From Gemmatimonadales bacterium (GTDB lineage: Bacteria > Gemmatimonadota > Gemmatimonadetes > Gemmatimonadales > GWC2-71-9), in the NCBI GenBank assembly GCA_050733355.1, contig JBOHSY010000473.1, positions 1,095-65,094 of the forward strand: a DNA stretch of 64,000 nucleotides, given 5' to 3'. This document shows positions 1-9,544 of this stretch, piece after piece. The number at the start of each line of letters is the position of its first letter. Position 1 is the first letter of the stretch. Made by a program: the position numbers and the translations under genes. The notes under the pieces are model-generated. The model saw only the letters and a list, made by a program, of their open reading frames with translations, was not told the origin of the DNA and searched no databases.

Positions 1-14
1 TAGATTGACCGCTT

Positions 15-96
15 GCGAGCGTGGCGGAACCGGCAGACGCGCAGGACTTAGGATCCTGTCCCGCAAGGGGTCCGGGTTCGACTCCCGGCGTTCGCA
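15..96 (+). tRNA. tRNA-Leu (anticodon TAG)
   Basis: Hand-folded cloverleaf. Acceptor 15-21 GCGAGCG pairs with 89-95 CGTTCGC (one G-U). Anticodon stem 42-46/54-58 with 7-nt loop C-T-TAG-G-A (47-53). Long variable arm, T arm CCGGG-TTCGACT-CCCGG (72-88), discriminator A96, no encoded CCA. Confidence 0.85.
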
Positions 97-102
97 TCGA
101 CA

Positions 103-284
103 GGGCGGTACGGGCGGTAAGGGGTAAAGGGGTTGCACAGATGCAAGGGGGGCAGGGGGCGCACGCCCCTGCCGCCTTGTGACGTTCGCAACTCCCCTTC
201 CGCTTGTACCGCCTCGACCGCCTCGACCGCCTCGACCGCCTCTGCCGCCCTTTCGCCCCCTTGCCACCTGCTTACTTTACCCCC
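103..284. repeat. Tandem-unit inverted repeat element R1 (9-nt units GGGCGGTAN / NTACCGCCY) with central GC hairpin
   Basis: Left arm gggcggtac-gggcggtaa-ggggtaaag (103-129). Central palindromes ttgcacagatgcaa (133-146) and ggcaggggg-cgcacg-cccctgcc (151-173). Right arm is about 8 degenerate 9-mers (gtaccgcct, cgaccgcct x3, ctgccgccc, tttcgcccc...) at 207-284. Confidence 0.8.
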
Positions 285-1538
285 ATGGCGGATATCGTAG
301 TCCAGAAGACCGGCGAAGACGTCGCCTCCAGGTCCCTCCGCGTCACCGTTCCCGTCGAGCGAGTTCGGCAGGCAGAAGATCGCGCGCTCCAGTACTTCAG
401 CCGCCGGGCGCGGCTGCCCGGGTTTCGTCCCGGGAAGGCGCCGGCCGGAGTGGTCCGGAAGCGCTTCGGCGATCAGATCCGGCAGACCGTGCTCGAAGAA
501 GTGATCCGGGAGAGCTGGGCGACGGCCCAGAGCGCGGAGTCGCTCAAGCCCATCGCCGATCCGTCGATCAAGAATCTCAAGTTCGAGGATGGGAGTGCCA
601 TCGAGTTCGAGCTGCTGGTCGAGGTGCGCCCCGACATCACGCTGGAGCGCGTGGGTGGGTTCCGGGTCTCCCGGAGCGTCGCGACGGTGACCGACACCTC
701 GGTCGAGGAGCAGCTCCAGCGCATCCGCGAGCAGAAGGCGGCCTGGCTCCCGGTGGAGGGCACGCAGCCCGCGGCGGGCCAGATGGTGCGGGTCGAGGTC
801 ACCCCCATCGAGGACGGCGTCGCGGCGCCGGCCCAGCCGTATTCGCTCGTCCTGGGCGAGCAGCAGGCGGTGCCCGACCTGGAGGAGCGGATCATGGCGC
901 TCCTGCCCGGCCAGACGGTCGAGGCCGACATCCGCCTCCCGAACGACCATCCCGACGAGTCGCGGCGGGGCCAGACCCGCCGGGTCCGGGTCACGCTGCA
1001 CGAGGTGAAACGGCAGGAGCTGCCGGCATTGGACGACGGCTTCGCCCGCGAGCTCGGAGAATTCGATAGCCTTGCGGCGCTCCGCGCCGCCATCCGGCAG
1101 GACCTGGAGCGCGAGTCGGTGCGCGAGGCCGACGCTCGGGTTCGCCAGGCCCTCCTGGGCCAGGTCATCGAGGCCAATCGGATCCCGGCGCCCGACAGCC
1201 TGGTGCACCGCGTGCTGCACGGGCTGGCGCACGTGTACCGCGTCCCGGAGGAGCAACTGGAGGCCTTCGAGGCCCAGTTCCGTCCGGTGGCGGTCTCCCA
1301 AGTGCAGCGGGACCTGGCGTTGGACGCTCTGGTCGAGGCGCAGGGGCTCCGGGCCTCGGAGTCGGAGATCGACGAACGCGTGGCGGCGATGGCGACGGCA
1401 CGGAACCTGCCCGCCGGGGAGATGTACGCCACGTTGCAGAAGGCGAACCGGCTGTCGGAGCTCGAGCGGGGCATCACCGAGGACAAGGCGTTTGCCTTCC
1501 TGCTCCAACAGTCCACCGTTGACGAGGCGAGCACGTGA
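285..1538 (+). CDS. tig: Trigger factor
   Basis: ORF 204..1538. The first 27 codons translate repeat R1 (LDRLDRLDRL), so the start is placed at ATG 285 (MADIVVQK). GFRPGKAP motif and trigger-factor-like sequence; canonical tig-clpP-clpX order. Confidence 0.9.
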   Translation: MADIVVQKTGEDVASRSLRVTVPVERVRQAEDRALQYFSRRARLPGFRPGKAPAGVVRKRFGDQIRQTVLEEVIRESWATAQSAESLKPIADPSIKNLKFEDGSAIEFELLVEVRPDITLERVGGFRVSRSVATVTDTSVEEQLQRIREQKAAWLPVEGTQPAAGQMVRVEVTPIEDGVAAPAQPYSLVLGEQQAVPDLEERIMALLPGQTVEADIRLPNDHPDESRRGQTRRVRVTLHEVKRQELPALDDGFARELGEFDSLAALRAAIRQDLERESVREADARVRQALLGQVIEANRIPAPDSLVHRVLHGLAHVYRVPEEQLEAFEAQFRPVAVSQVQRDLALDALVEAQGLRASESEIDERVAAMATARNLPAGEMYATLQKANRLSELERGITEDKAFAFLLQQSTVDEAST

Positions 1539-2179
1539 CGATGGCCACCTTGTATCCGCCGTACATCATCGAGCGCTCGAGCCGCGGGGAGCGGACCTAC
1601 GACATCTTCTCCCGACTGCTCATGGATCGGATCGTGTTTCTGGGCGCACCGATCAACGACGACGTCTCCAACATCATCATCGCCCAGCTCCTCTTTCTCG
1701 AGGCGGACAACCCCGAGAAGGACATCTACCTCTACATCAACTCGCCGGGCGGCGTGGTTTCGTCGGGGCTGGCCATCTACGACACGATGCAGCACCTCCG
1801 GGCGCCGGTGAACACGATCTGCATGGGGATGGCGGCGTCGATGGGGTCGTTCCTGCTCGCCGCCGGCAGCCCGGGCAAGCGGAGCGCGCTGCCGCACTCG
1901 CGCATCATGATCCACCAGCCGTCGGGCGGCACGCAGGGCACCGCGGCCGACATCGAGATCCAGGCGCGGGAGATCCTCTACCTCCGCTCGAAGCTGAACG
2001 CCATCTACGCCAAGCACACCGGACAGACCATCGAGACGATCGAGCGCGACATGGACCGCGACCGGTTCATGAGCGCCGAGGAAGCGCAATCCTACGGCCT
2101 GATCGACACGGTGTTCAACCCGCGCAAGGAGCTCGTCGCGACCGGCGGGAACGGCCAGAAGGCCTTGACGCCCTCCTGA
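1535..2179 (+). CDS. clpP: ATP-dependent Clp protease proteolytic subunit
   Basis: [20 protein letters not shown]..., catalytic region GMAASMG and IMIHQP. GTGA overlap with the tig stop (alternative ATG at 1541). Confidence 0.95.
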   Translation: MTMATLYPPYIIERSSRGERTYDIFSRLLMDRIVFLGAPINDDVSNIIIAQLLFLEADNPEKDIYLYINSPGGVVSSGLAIYDTMQHLRAPVNTICMGMAASMGSFLLAAGSPGKRSALPHSRIMIHQPSGGTQGTAADIEIQAREILYLRSKLNAIYAKHTGQTIETIERDMDRDRFMSAEEAQSYGLIDTVFNPRKELVATGGNGQKALTPS

Positions 2180-2228
2180 GTGGAGGGCAGGTTACCCGGA
2201 GCCGTTCACCCCAGCCGCGCGCCTCTAA

Positions 2229-3476
2229 ATGTCCAACGACAAGCACCTCCGTTGCTCGTTCTGCGGCAAGTCCAAGGACTCGGTCCGGAAGTTCATCTCG
2301 GGCCCGTCCGTCTACATCTGCAACGAGTGCATCACCCTCTGCAACGAGATCCTGGCGGAGGATGAGGAGCGCGAGGTCGCGGACAGCATCACGCAGGTCC
2401 CCACGCCCACCGAGATCAAGGACGTGCTGGATCAATACGTGATCGGGCAGGAGCGGGCGAAGCGGACCCTGGCCGTCGCGGTCTACAACCACTACAAGCG
2501 GATCAACGCGAGCAACGGCCGAGAGGCCGAGGTCGAACTCGACAAGTCGAATATCCTGCTCATCGGCCCTACCGGCGTCGGCAAGACCCTCCTCGCGCAG
2601 ACCCTGGCCCGCATTCTCGACGTCCCCTTCACCATCGCCGACGCCACCACGCTCACCGAGGCGGGGTACGTGGGCGAGGACGTGGAGAACATCCTGGTCC
2701 GGCTGCTGCAGGCCGGCGACTTCAACGTAGCCGAGTGCGAGCGGGGCATCGTCTACATCGACGAGATCGACAAGATCGCGCGGAAATCGGAGAACCCGAG
2801 CATCACGCGCGACGTCTCGGGCGAGGGTGTGCAACAGGCGCTGCTCAAGATCCTCGAGGGCACCGTCGCCTCGGTGCCTCCCCAGGGCGGCCGGAAGCAC
2901 CCGCAGCAGGAATACATTCAGATCAACACCAAGGACATCCTGTTCGTCTGCGGCGGTGCGTTCGACGGGCTGGAGAAGATCATCCAGGCCCGCACCGGCC
3001 GGCAGCAGATCGGCTTCGCGACCGCCAACGGCCCGAGCATGAAGGAGCTGGACAAGCAGAACCCGTTCGCCGAGGTCGAGCCGGACGACCTGCTCCGCTT
3101 CGGCCTGATCCCCGAGCTCGTGGGCCGGCTGCCGGTGAGCGTGGCGCTCGAAGCGCTGGACGAGGACGCGCTGGTCCGCATCCTGATCGAGCCCAAGAAC
3201 GCGCTCACCAAGCAGTACAAGAAGCTGTTCGAGCTCGAGGACGTGGGCCTCACCTTCCAGGACGAGGCGCTGCGGGCGGTGGCGGGCAAGGCCATCAAGC
3301 GCGGCACCGGCGCGCGCGGCCTCCGCAGCATCCTCGAGACCATGATGACGGATATCATGTTCGAGTTGCCAAGCAGGGATGATGTGCGAGAAGTGGTGAT
3401 CACCAAGGAGTGTGTGGCGGACGGGGTGGCGCCACTGGTGGTGACCGAAAGGGCCAGGGCAAAGAAGGAAGCGTGA
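2229..3476 (+). CDS. clpX: ATP-dependent Clp protease ATP-binding subunit ClpX
   Basis: N-terminal zinc finger CSFCGK...CNEC, Walker A GPTGVGKT, Walker [10 protein letters not shown], ClpX-typical length. Confidence 0.95.
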   Translation: MSNDKHLRCSFCGKSKDSVRKFISGPSVYICNECITLCNEILAEDEEREVADSITQVPTPTEIKDVLDQYVIGQERAKRTLAVAVYNHYKRINASNGREAEVELDKSNILLIGPTGVGKTLLAQTLARILDVPFTIADATTLTEAGYVGEDVENILVRLLQAGDFNVAECERGIVYIDEIDKIARKSENPSITRDVSGEGVQQALLKILEGTVASVPPQGGRKHPQQEYIQINTKDILFVCGGAFDGLEKIIQARTGRQQIGFATANGPSMKELDKQNPFAEVEPDDLLRFGLIPELVGRLPVSVALEALDEDALVRILIEPKNALTKQYKKLFELEDVGLTFQDEALRAVAGKAIKRGTGARGLRSILETMMTDIMFELPSRDDVREVVITKECVADGVAPLVVTERARAKKEA

Positions 3477-3481
3477 CGAAC

Positions 3482-3640
3482 AGGCGGTAGGGGCGGCAAA
3501 GGGCGGTAAAGACGGCAAGGTGGGCGGATGGGTCAAAGAAGGCTGCAAGGCGCATGCGCCCTGCGGCCTTTCGTACATGCCGACCCTGTACCGCCCCTAC
3601 CGCCCCTACCGCCCCTACCGCCCGTACCACCTACTTTCCC
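3482..3640. repeat. Tandem-unit inverted repeat element R2 (same 9-mer family as R1)
   Basis: Left arm aggcggtag-gggcggcaa-agggcggta-aagacggca (3482-3517+). Central near-perfect palindrome aaggctgcaaggcgcatgcgccctgcggcctt (3538-3569). Right arm ctgtaccgc-ccctaccgc x3-ccgtaccac (3586-3630+). Confidence 0.8.
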
Positions 3641-3669
3641 GCGTGTCCTCTCCTTTTGCCGGACTGCCA

Positions 3670-4257
3670 GTGGACTTCGTGGGGTCGTTTCCCGACCCCC
3701 TGGTGGCGTTACAGCCAGCGCTACCGGAGGTAGCGCTGATCGGAAGAAGCAATGTCGGCAAGTCCAGCCTGCTGAACAGCCTGGTGGGCCGGTCGATCGC
3801 CAGGGTGAGCGGCACGCCGGGCAAGACCACGCTGCTCAACGCCTACCGGCTGCCCACTTTCCATGTCGTGGACCTGCCGGGCTACGGCTTCGCCCGCGCC
3901 GGCAAGTCGGCGCGCGCGGGTTACCGTTCGCTGCTCACGCGCTACCTCCGCGATCGCCCGACGCTCGCCGGTGTGGTCTGGCTGCTCGACATCCGCCATT
4001 CGCCCTCGAAGGACGACCACGAGTTCCAGCAGCTCCTGATCGACAGCGGGCGCCCCGTGCTCGCCGTGCTCACGAAGGCGGACAAGTTGCCCCGCGGGCA
4101 ACGCTCGGCGCGGGTGCGCGCCCTCGCCCGCGAGCTCGAGCTGGCGGACGACCAGGTGCTGCCCACCAGCAGCCGGTCCGGGGACGGCGTGCCGGAGCTG
4201 GCCGAGGCGATGCTGCTGCTGGCTGCGAAGGCGGCCGCGAATCGCGGTCTGTTCTAG
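3670..4257 (+). CDS. engB: Ribosome biogenesis GTP-binding protein EngB/YsxC
   Basis: G1 motif GRSNVGKSS, G3 DLPGYG, G4 TKADK. ORF opens at 3520, but codons 3586-3630 are translated R2 repeat (YRPYRPYRPY). GTG 3670 gives the usual ~26 residues before G1; ATG 3577 is the alternative. Confidence 0.8.
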   Translation: MDFVGSFPDPLVALQPALPEVALIGRSNVGKSSLLNSLVGRSIARVSGTPGKTTLLNAYRLPTFHVVDLPGYGFARAGKSARAGYRSLLTRYLRDRPTLAGVVWLLDIRHSPSKDDHEFQQLLIDSGRPVLAVLTKADKLPRGQRSARVRALARELELADDQVLPTSSRSGDGVPELAEAMLLLAAKAAANRGLF

Positions 4258-4369
4258 GTTTTTCGGTCAGAGACCCTCACCGACAGGCGGTCTGCCCATC
4301 TCCTTCCCTTCCTGGCTCCGGTCGCTGGCGCCCGAGACGCTGCTCGGGGTCGCCTTCCTCGCGGCGGCG

Positions 4370-6472
4370 GTGGGCGGCACGCTGGCCGCGATGGGACTGG
4401 GCGGCGTCGCGCCTGGGTTGCTCCTCGTGCTCGCCGGCGTGTTCGCCCTCGAGCGAGGCGTGCTCAAGGTGCGGGCGCGGCTGCGTGACAGCCAGCGGCT
4501 GCAGGAGGACACCGCCCGGCAGCTCGACCGGCGAATCAGCGAGCTGTTCTCGCTCCAGGAGCTGAGCTACGTCCTCTCCGAGTCGATTCAACTCGACCGG
4601 ATCGCCGAGCAGGTCGCCCGCTACGCGGGGCGGTTCCTCCAGGCGGAGGGGGCGCTGCTCGCTCTGGTCGAGGATCCGGACGGCCGGCGGCTCAGGGTCA
4701 CCGCCGCGAGCGGGACGCTCGCGGCGCTGCAGGGCCGCCTGTTCGAGGGATCGGAGGCGGCCCTGGTCCGATCCGCGCTTGTGCGCGAGCGTATCGAGGT
4801 GGCGCAGAGCACCGCCGGCGCCGAGGTCACGCTGCTCGGCGGCGCCACCGTCCGCTCCGCGGCCGTGGCGCCGCTCCGGGCGCAGGGCCTCCCGCTGGGC
4901 GCGTTGGCCGTGGCCAACCGGCGCGACGGTCAGTTCACCACCGAAGACCTGTGGCTCCTTTCGACGGTCGCGACCCAGACCTCCGTGGTGGTCGCCAACA
5001 GCCGCCTATACGAGATGGTGCGGCGCAGCACCGAGGAATGGGAGACCGCGTTCAACGCCCTTTCGGAGGGACTGGCCGTGGTCGGGCCCGAAGGCGAGAT
5101 CCTCCGGGCGAACCGGGCGCTGGGCGAGCTCGCCGGCCGGACGCCCAGCCAGCTGCTCGGCGCCGACTTTGCCGACGCCGTCGCCGACCGGGCGCTCGCC
5201 GCGCGGGAGCTCCCCGCCGCGGCGCAGGAGGACGCCCGCCCCGCACCGGTCGAGATCCGGGTGGACGGCGATCGCAGGGTCCTCCGCCTCACGGCTGCAC
5301 CGCTCGCCGGGCCCGCCCGCGGTGCCGTGGTGGTGCTGGTGGAGGACGTGACCGGGCAGCGGGCGATGCAGTCGCAGCTCATCCACAGCGAGAAGATGGC
5401 GGCGATCGGGCAGCTCGTATCCGGCGTGGCGCACGAGCTGAACAACCCGCTCGCGTCCATCGCGGGCCTGTCCGAGCTGCTGGTCCAGCCCGGCATGCTG
5501 CCCGACCCGTCGCCGGCACGCGAGCACCTGCGGGTGATTCATGACCAGGCCGAGCGGGCCGGCCGGATCGTGCGCAACCTGCTCACCTTCGCCCGCAAGG
5601 GAGGACGGGACAAGAGCCCGGTGGACCTGAACGATGTCGTCTCCCGCACGGCCCTGCTGATCGCCTACGATCTCCAGCAGCGCCAGATCGACCTCGCGCG
5701 GGAGCTGTCGGCCGATCCCGTCGTGGTGCTGGGGGATCGGCAGGAGCTCCAGCAGGTGCTGCTCAACCTCATCATGAACGCGGCCCAGGCGCTGACCGGG
5801 GTCGCGCCAGGGCGCCCGCGGCGGCTCACGCTCGCGACAGCGCGCCAGAGGGGCGAAGGCCTGCTCAGCGTGACCGACACCGGCCCCGGCGTCCCGCCGG
5901 CACAGGTCGCCCAGCTCTTCACGCCGTTCTTCACCACGAAGGCGCCCGGGCACGGCACCGGACTGGGTCTCTCGCTCAGCTACGGGATGGTGGAGGCACA
6001 CGGAGGGCGGATCACATACCAGCCGGCGCGGGGCGGCGGCGCGGAGTTCACGGTGCGGCTGCCGTTGCACGACGCCGAGCGTCCCGCGGCCCCCGCCCGG
6101 CGCGTGCTCGTCGTCGACGACGACCCCGCAGTGCACCGGCTGGTGCACGCGCTCTTCGCGCCCGACGGGCACGTGGTGGCGGCCGCGCGGACCGGTGAGC
6201 AGGGACTTCGCCTGGCGGCGGAGCGGAACTTCGATCTGGTCATCGCGGATGGTCGCCTCTCCGCCGGAGGCGACCGACGCTTCGTCGCCGCGCTGCTCAC
6301 GGAGCACCCCGACTGGCGCGACCGGCTCATCGTGGCCGGCGCGCCTCGCCCGTCGCAAGGGGGCGCCGATGGCGATCCAGCGCCCACCCATACGATCCCG
6401 AAGCCGCTCCAGGTGCGCGATCTGCGACGCCTGGTGACCCGGCTGCTCGGGAGCGGAGAAGGACGGCCGTGA
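4370..6472 (+). CDS. Hybrid sensor histidine kinase (TM - GAF-like - PAS - HisKA - HATPase_c - receiver)
   Basis: H-box SGVAHELNNPL, N/G boxes NLIMNAAQA and DTGPGV / GTGLGL, C-terminal REC (VLVVDDD...DLVIADG...PKPL). The frame stays open upstream to ~4253 with no ATG/GTG/TTG, so the true start is uncertain. Confidence 0.85.
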   Translation: MGGTLAAMGLGGVAPGLLLVLAGVFALERGVLKVRARLRDSQRLQEDTARQLDRRISELFSLQELSYVLSESIQLDRIAEQVARYAGRFLQAEGALLALVEDPDGRRLRVTAASGTLAALQGRLFEGSEAALVRSALVRERIEVAQSTAGAEVTLLGGATVRSAAVAPLRAQGLPLGALAVANRRDGQFTTEDLWLLSTVATQTSVVVANSRLYEMVRRSTEEWETAFNALSEGLAVVGPEGEILRANRALGELAGRTPSQLLGADFADAVADRALAARELPAAAQEDARPAPVEIRVDGDRRVLRLTAAPLAGPARGAVVVLVEDVTGQRAMQSQLIHSEKMAAIGQLVSGVAHELNNPLASIAGLSELLVQPGMLPDPSPAREHLRVIHDQAERAGRIVRNLLTFARKGGRDKSPVDLNDVVSRTALLIAYDLQQRQIDLARELSADPVVVLGDRQELQQVLLNLIMNAAQALTGVAPGRPRRLTLATARQRGEGLLSVTDTGPGVPPAQVAQLFTPFFTTKAPGHGTGLGLSLSYGMVEAHGGRITYQPARGGGAEFTVRLPLHDAERPAAPARRVLVVDDDPAVHRLVHALFAPDGHVVAAARTGEQGLRLAAERNFDLVIADGRLSAGGDRRFVAALLTEHPDWRDRLIVAGAPRPSQGGADGDPAPTHTIPKPLQVRDLRRLVTRLLGSGEGRP

Positions 6473-6630
6473 CGCATATGTGACGCTTGGGTGACCGGCC
6501 CGTTGAGCCGGCCTCGAGCGCACCGCTTTGTGACGCAGTCGTTGCACCCGTGTGCGTATCCCGAGACACGACTCCCGCACGTTCCCCGCCGACAACCGCT
6601 CGTCGCTCCCACTCACCCCGCAAGGTGCCC

Positions 6631-9411
6631 ATGAAGCTCGTCCGTGCGGTTCGTTGCCTCGTGTTGCTGGCCGCGGCCTGGCTCCTGCCCGGGTCGCTCG
6701 GCGCGCAGGATGCGCCGGCCGGCCGCGTCGTCGGGCGCGTCGTGGATGCCGGTCAAGGATCCCCGATCGCGGGCGCACAGATCCAGGTCACGGGAACCGA
6801 GCTCCGCGCGACCAGTGCGGTGGACGGCCGCTTCTCGATTGCGAACATTCCCGCTGGGCCCGTGAGCCTCACGGCGCGCATGATCGGATTCCAGCCGAAG
6901 ACCGTCACCGGGCTCGAGGTGCCGGCCGGCGACGCCGTCGAGCAGAACGTGGCCTTGAGCTCGCGGGTGGTCGAGCTCGCCGAGATCACCGTTTCGGCCG
7001 AGGCGGAGCGCGGCAGCGTCGCCCGTGCTCTCGATGAGCAGCGCAATGCGGTGGACATCGTGAACTCCGTATCGCGGGAGCAGATCGCCAAGAGCCCCGA
7101 TAGCGACGCCGCGGCTGCGATCCAGCGGGTGAGCGGGGTGACCGTGCAGGACGGGAGATACGTCGCCGTCCGTGGCCTGGGTGATCGGTACACCCAGGCA
7201 TCGTTGAACGGCGCGCGGATCCCCAGCCCCGAGCCGGAGAAGAAGGTGGTGCCGCTCGATCTGTTTCCGGCTTCCCTCATCGAGGCGATCACCACATCCA
7301 AGACGTACACGGTCGACCGGCCGGGCGACTACAGCGGCGCCGAGGTGAACATCAGGACCCGCGAGTTTCCGACCCGGCGTACGCTGACGATGACCGTCGG
7401 CTCCGGATTCAACACGCGTTCGACCGGCACCCAGAGCAACTTTGCGCCCGCTACGGGGACCGACTGGCTCGCGTTCGGCTCCAACCGGCGTGAGCTCCCC
7501 ACCCCCATCGCAGCCAACCCGACACTCGCGGGGGTGAACCACCCACAGGCCATTAACGATGTGGTGAACTCATTGCGCAACGTCTGGTCGGCCCGCCAGC
7601 GCGACGGCTCGCCGAGCGGCTCGTTCGGCCTGTCGGTGGGCGGCAGCGATCGCGTGTTCGGCAAGGAGCTCGGGTACCTGCTGTCGGGATCGTATTCCTA
7701 CGCGCAGGAAGTGAAGTCCGATCAGGTGCGCGCGCTCGCGCTCGCCGGTGCGGGCGGCGCGCCCACCGAGATCGACCGATACGAGGGGGAGACGGGCCGG
7801 GCGACCGTTCTCTGGGGCGGGCTGGCGAACTTCACCACGACGCTCGGCAGCCACACCAAGCTCTCGTTCAACAACACCTACAGCCGGACGATGGACAACG
7901 ACGGGCGCCTCGAGTTTACGCCCCGAAGCGAGAATCTCGGCATCCCGCTGCAGATTCAGCGGCTCCGTTATGTCGAGCGGAACGTGCTGTCGAGCCGGCT
8001 CTCCGCGCTGCATCAGCTCGCTCGCCGCCACCAGGTCGAATGGGCGGCCGGCTACTCGGATGTGGCGCGGAAGGAGCCGGACCGCTCGGAGATCGTGTAC
8101 ACCGCCCAGCTCGACGCGAACGGCTCGCCGGTCGGCACGCGGTGGCTCGGGATCAGCAACGAGGCCGCGGTCCGCACGTTCGCGGATCTCGACGAGAACG
8201 CGCTGGACGGGCAGCTCAGCTACCAGCTCCTGCTCGGCTCGCTCGACAACCCCTGGGCCCTGAAGGTCGGCGGTTACTACCGCTCGGTGGAGCGCGACGC
8301 GGACAACACCTACTACAGCATCAGCCTGGCCGGCTCGCTGCCGGAGACGGCGCTCCAGCTGCCGCCGGAGCAGATCTTCGACGGACGTTTCTCCACCGGC
8401 ACCACGACGGCGTTCCGGGTCGCGGCCCTGGGCCAGGGAGGCTCGTACGCCGCGGAGGACCGGTTGACCGCGAGCTTCGCCCAGCTCTCGATTCCGCTCG
8501 GCAGCCGTTTCGACGTCACCGCCGGCGCACGGTACGAGCACTCGGACGTGACGGTGAACGCGGTCTCGACCACGGGCGTCCCGACGGTCACGGCTCCCGG
8601 GTACGACGACATCCTGCCGTCGCTGCTGCTGACCTACCGGCTGTCGGAGTCGCAGAATCTCCGGCTGGGCCTGTCGAGAACCCTCAGCCGGCCCGAGTAC
8701 CGCGAGCTGGCGCCCCTGCTGTTCCGCGAGGTGATCGGGTTCGACAACGTGATCGGCAATCCCAACCTCCAGCGCGCCCGCATCGACAACGTCGACTTGC
8801 GGTGGGAGTGGTATCCGACCGGCGCCGAAATCGTGAGCGTGAGCCTGTTTGCCAAGCGGTTCGACGATCCGATCGAACGGGTGTACCTCGCTACGTCCGG
8901 CACACGCATCATCAGCTACGTGAACGCGCAGGCTGCGAACAACTACGGCATCGAGCTGGAGTTCAGAAAGAATCTCGGCACGTTCCGCAACTCTCTGACT
9001 CCGTTCACGCTCTTCGCCAACACGACGCTGATGCGGAGTGAGATCGACATCGCGAACAGCTCCGCTTCGATCACGAATCCCGAGCGTCGCATGGTGGGCC
9101 AGGCGCCCTACGTGGTGAACGCCGGGCTGACCTACACGTCGGGCAGCGGCGCGTGGAGCGCAACCACACTCTACAACGTCACGGGGCCGCGCATTACCGA
9201 AGCGGGGGAGATTCCGCTTCCGGACGTCGAGGAGCGGCCGCGCCACGTCATGGACTTCTCGCTCCGGTTCCCCGTGTTCCCCGGGCTCTCGGGTCGCCTG
9301 GACGCGAAGAACCTCTTCGACTCGCCGTACAAGCTCGTGCAGGGACCGGTCGAGCGCGAGACGTACCAGCTGGGCCGCACCTTCGGGATCGGGTTCTCGT
9401 GGCAGCCCTGA
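6631..9411 (+). CDS. TonB-dependent receptor with N-terminal carboxypeptidase-regulatory-like domain
   Basis: Signal peptide MKLVRAVRCLVLLAAAWLLPGSLGAQD from ATG 6631, plug-like region (VQDGRYVAVRGLGDRY), ~900-aa barrel ending ...GIGFSWQP. Confidence 0.85.
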   Translation: MKLVRAVRCLVLLAAAWLLPGSLGAQDAPAGRVVGRVVDAGQGSPIAGAQIQVTGTELRATSAVDGRFSIANIPAGPVSLTARMIGFQPKTVTGLEVPAGDAVEQNVALSSRVVELAEITVSAEAERGSVARALDEQRNAVDIVNSVSREQIAKSPDSDAAAAIQRVSGVTVQDGRYVAVRGLGDRYTQASLNGARIPSPEPEKKVVPLDLFPASLIEAITTSKTYTVDRPGDYSGAEVNIRTREFPTRRTLTMTVGSGFNTRSTGTQSNFAPATGTDWLAFGSNRRELPTPIAANPTLAGVNHPQAINDVVNSLRNVWSARQRDGSPSGSFGLSVGGSDRVFGKELGYLLSGSYSYAQEVKSDQVRALALAGAGGAPTEIDRYEGETGRATVLWGGLANFTTTLGSHTKLSFNNTYSRTMDNDGRLEFTPRSENLGIPLQIQRLRYVERNVLSSRLSALHQLARRHQVEWAAGYSDVARKEPDRSEIVYTAQLDANGSPVGTRWLGISNEAAVRTFADLDENALDGQLSYQLLLGSLDNPWALKVGGYYRSVERDADNTYYSISLAGSLPETALQLPPEQIFDGRFSTGTTTAFRVAALGQGGSYAAEDRLTASFAQLSIPLGSRFDVTAGARYEHSDVTVNAVSTTGVPTVTAPGYDDILPSLLLTYRLSESQNLRLGLSRTLSRPEYRELAPLLFREVIGFDNVIGNPNLQRARIDNVDLRWEWYPTGAEIVSVSLFAKRFDDPIERVYLATSGTRIISYVNAQAANNYGIELEFRKNLGTFRNSLTPFTLFANTTLMRSEIDIANSSASITNPERRMVGQAPYVVNAGLTYTSGSGAWSATTLYNVTGPRITEAGEIPLPDVEERPRHVMDFSLRFPVFPGLSGRLDAKNLFDSPYKLVQGPVERETYQLGRTFGIGFSWQP

Positions 9412-9544
9412 GGCGCGCCAGGGCCGCGTGACAGAGCTGTGACGGCGGCGTGGCCGCCGGGTGACGGCCTGCTGCTTGGATAGCAGCGCGCCTGGTTCAG
9501 GCGGGCGGATCGACGACTTCCTTCTCCCACACTTGGGTAGGTGA

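Noticed and set aside
48-2089. Long minus-strand ORFs (48..1508, 473..2089) opposite tig/clpP
   Set aside because: These are antisense shadow ORFs of GC-rich DNA. Their Arg/Gly/Pro/Ala-rich translations carry no motifs, while the plus strand encodes unmistakable trigger factor and ClpP.
204-3640. Peptide repeats LDRLDRLDRL (204-284) and YRPYRPYRPYRPY (3586-3630) at the 5' ends of the tig and engB ORFs
   Set aside because: They are in-frame translations of the 9-nt tandem DNA repeats R1 and R2. Trigger factor and EngB homology start downstream, so the repeats are treated as non-coding.
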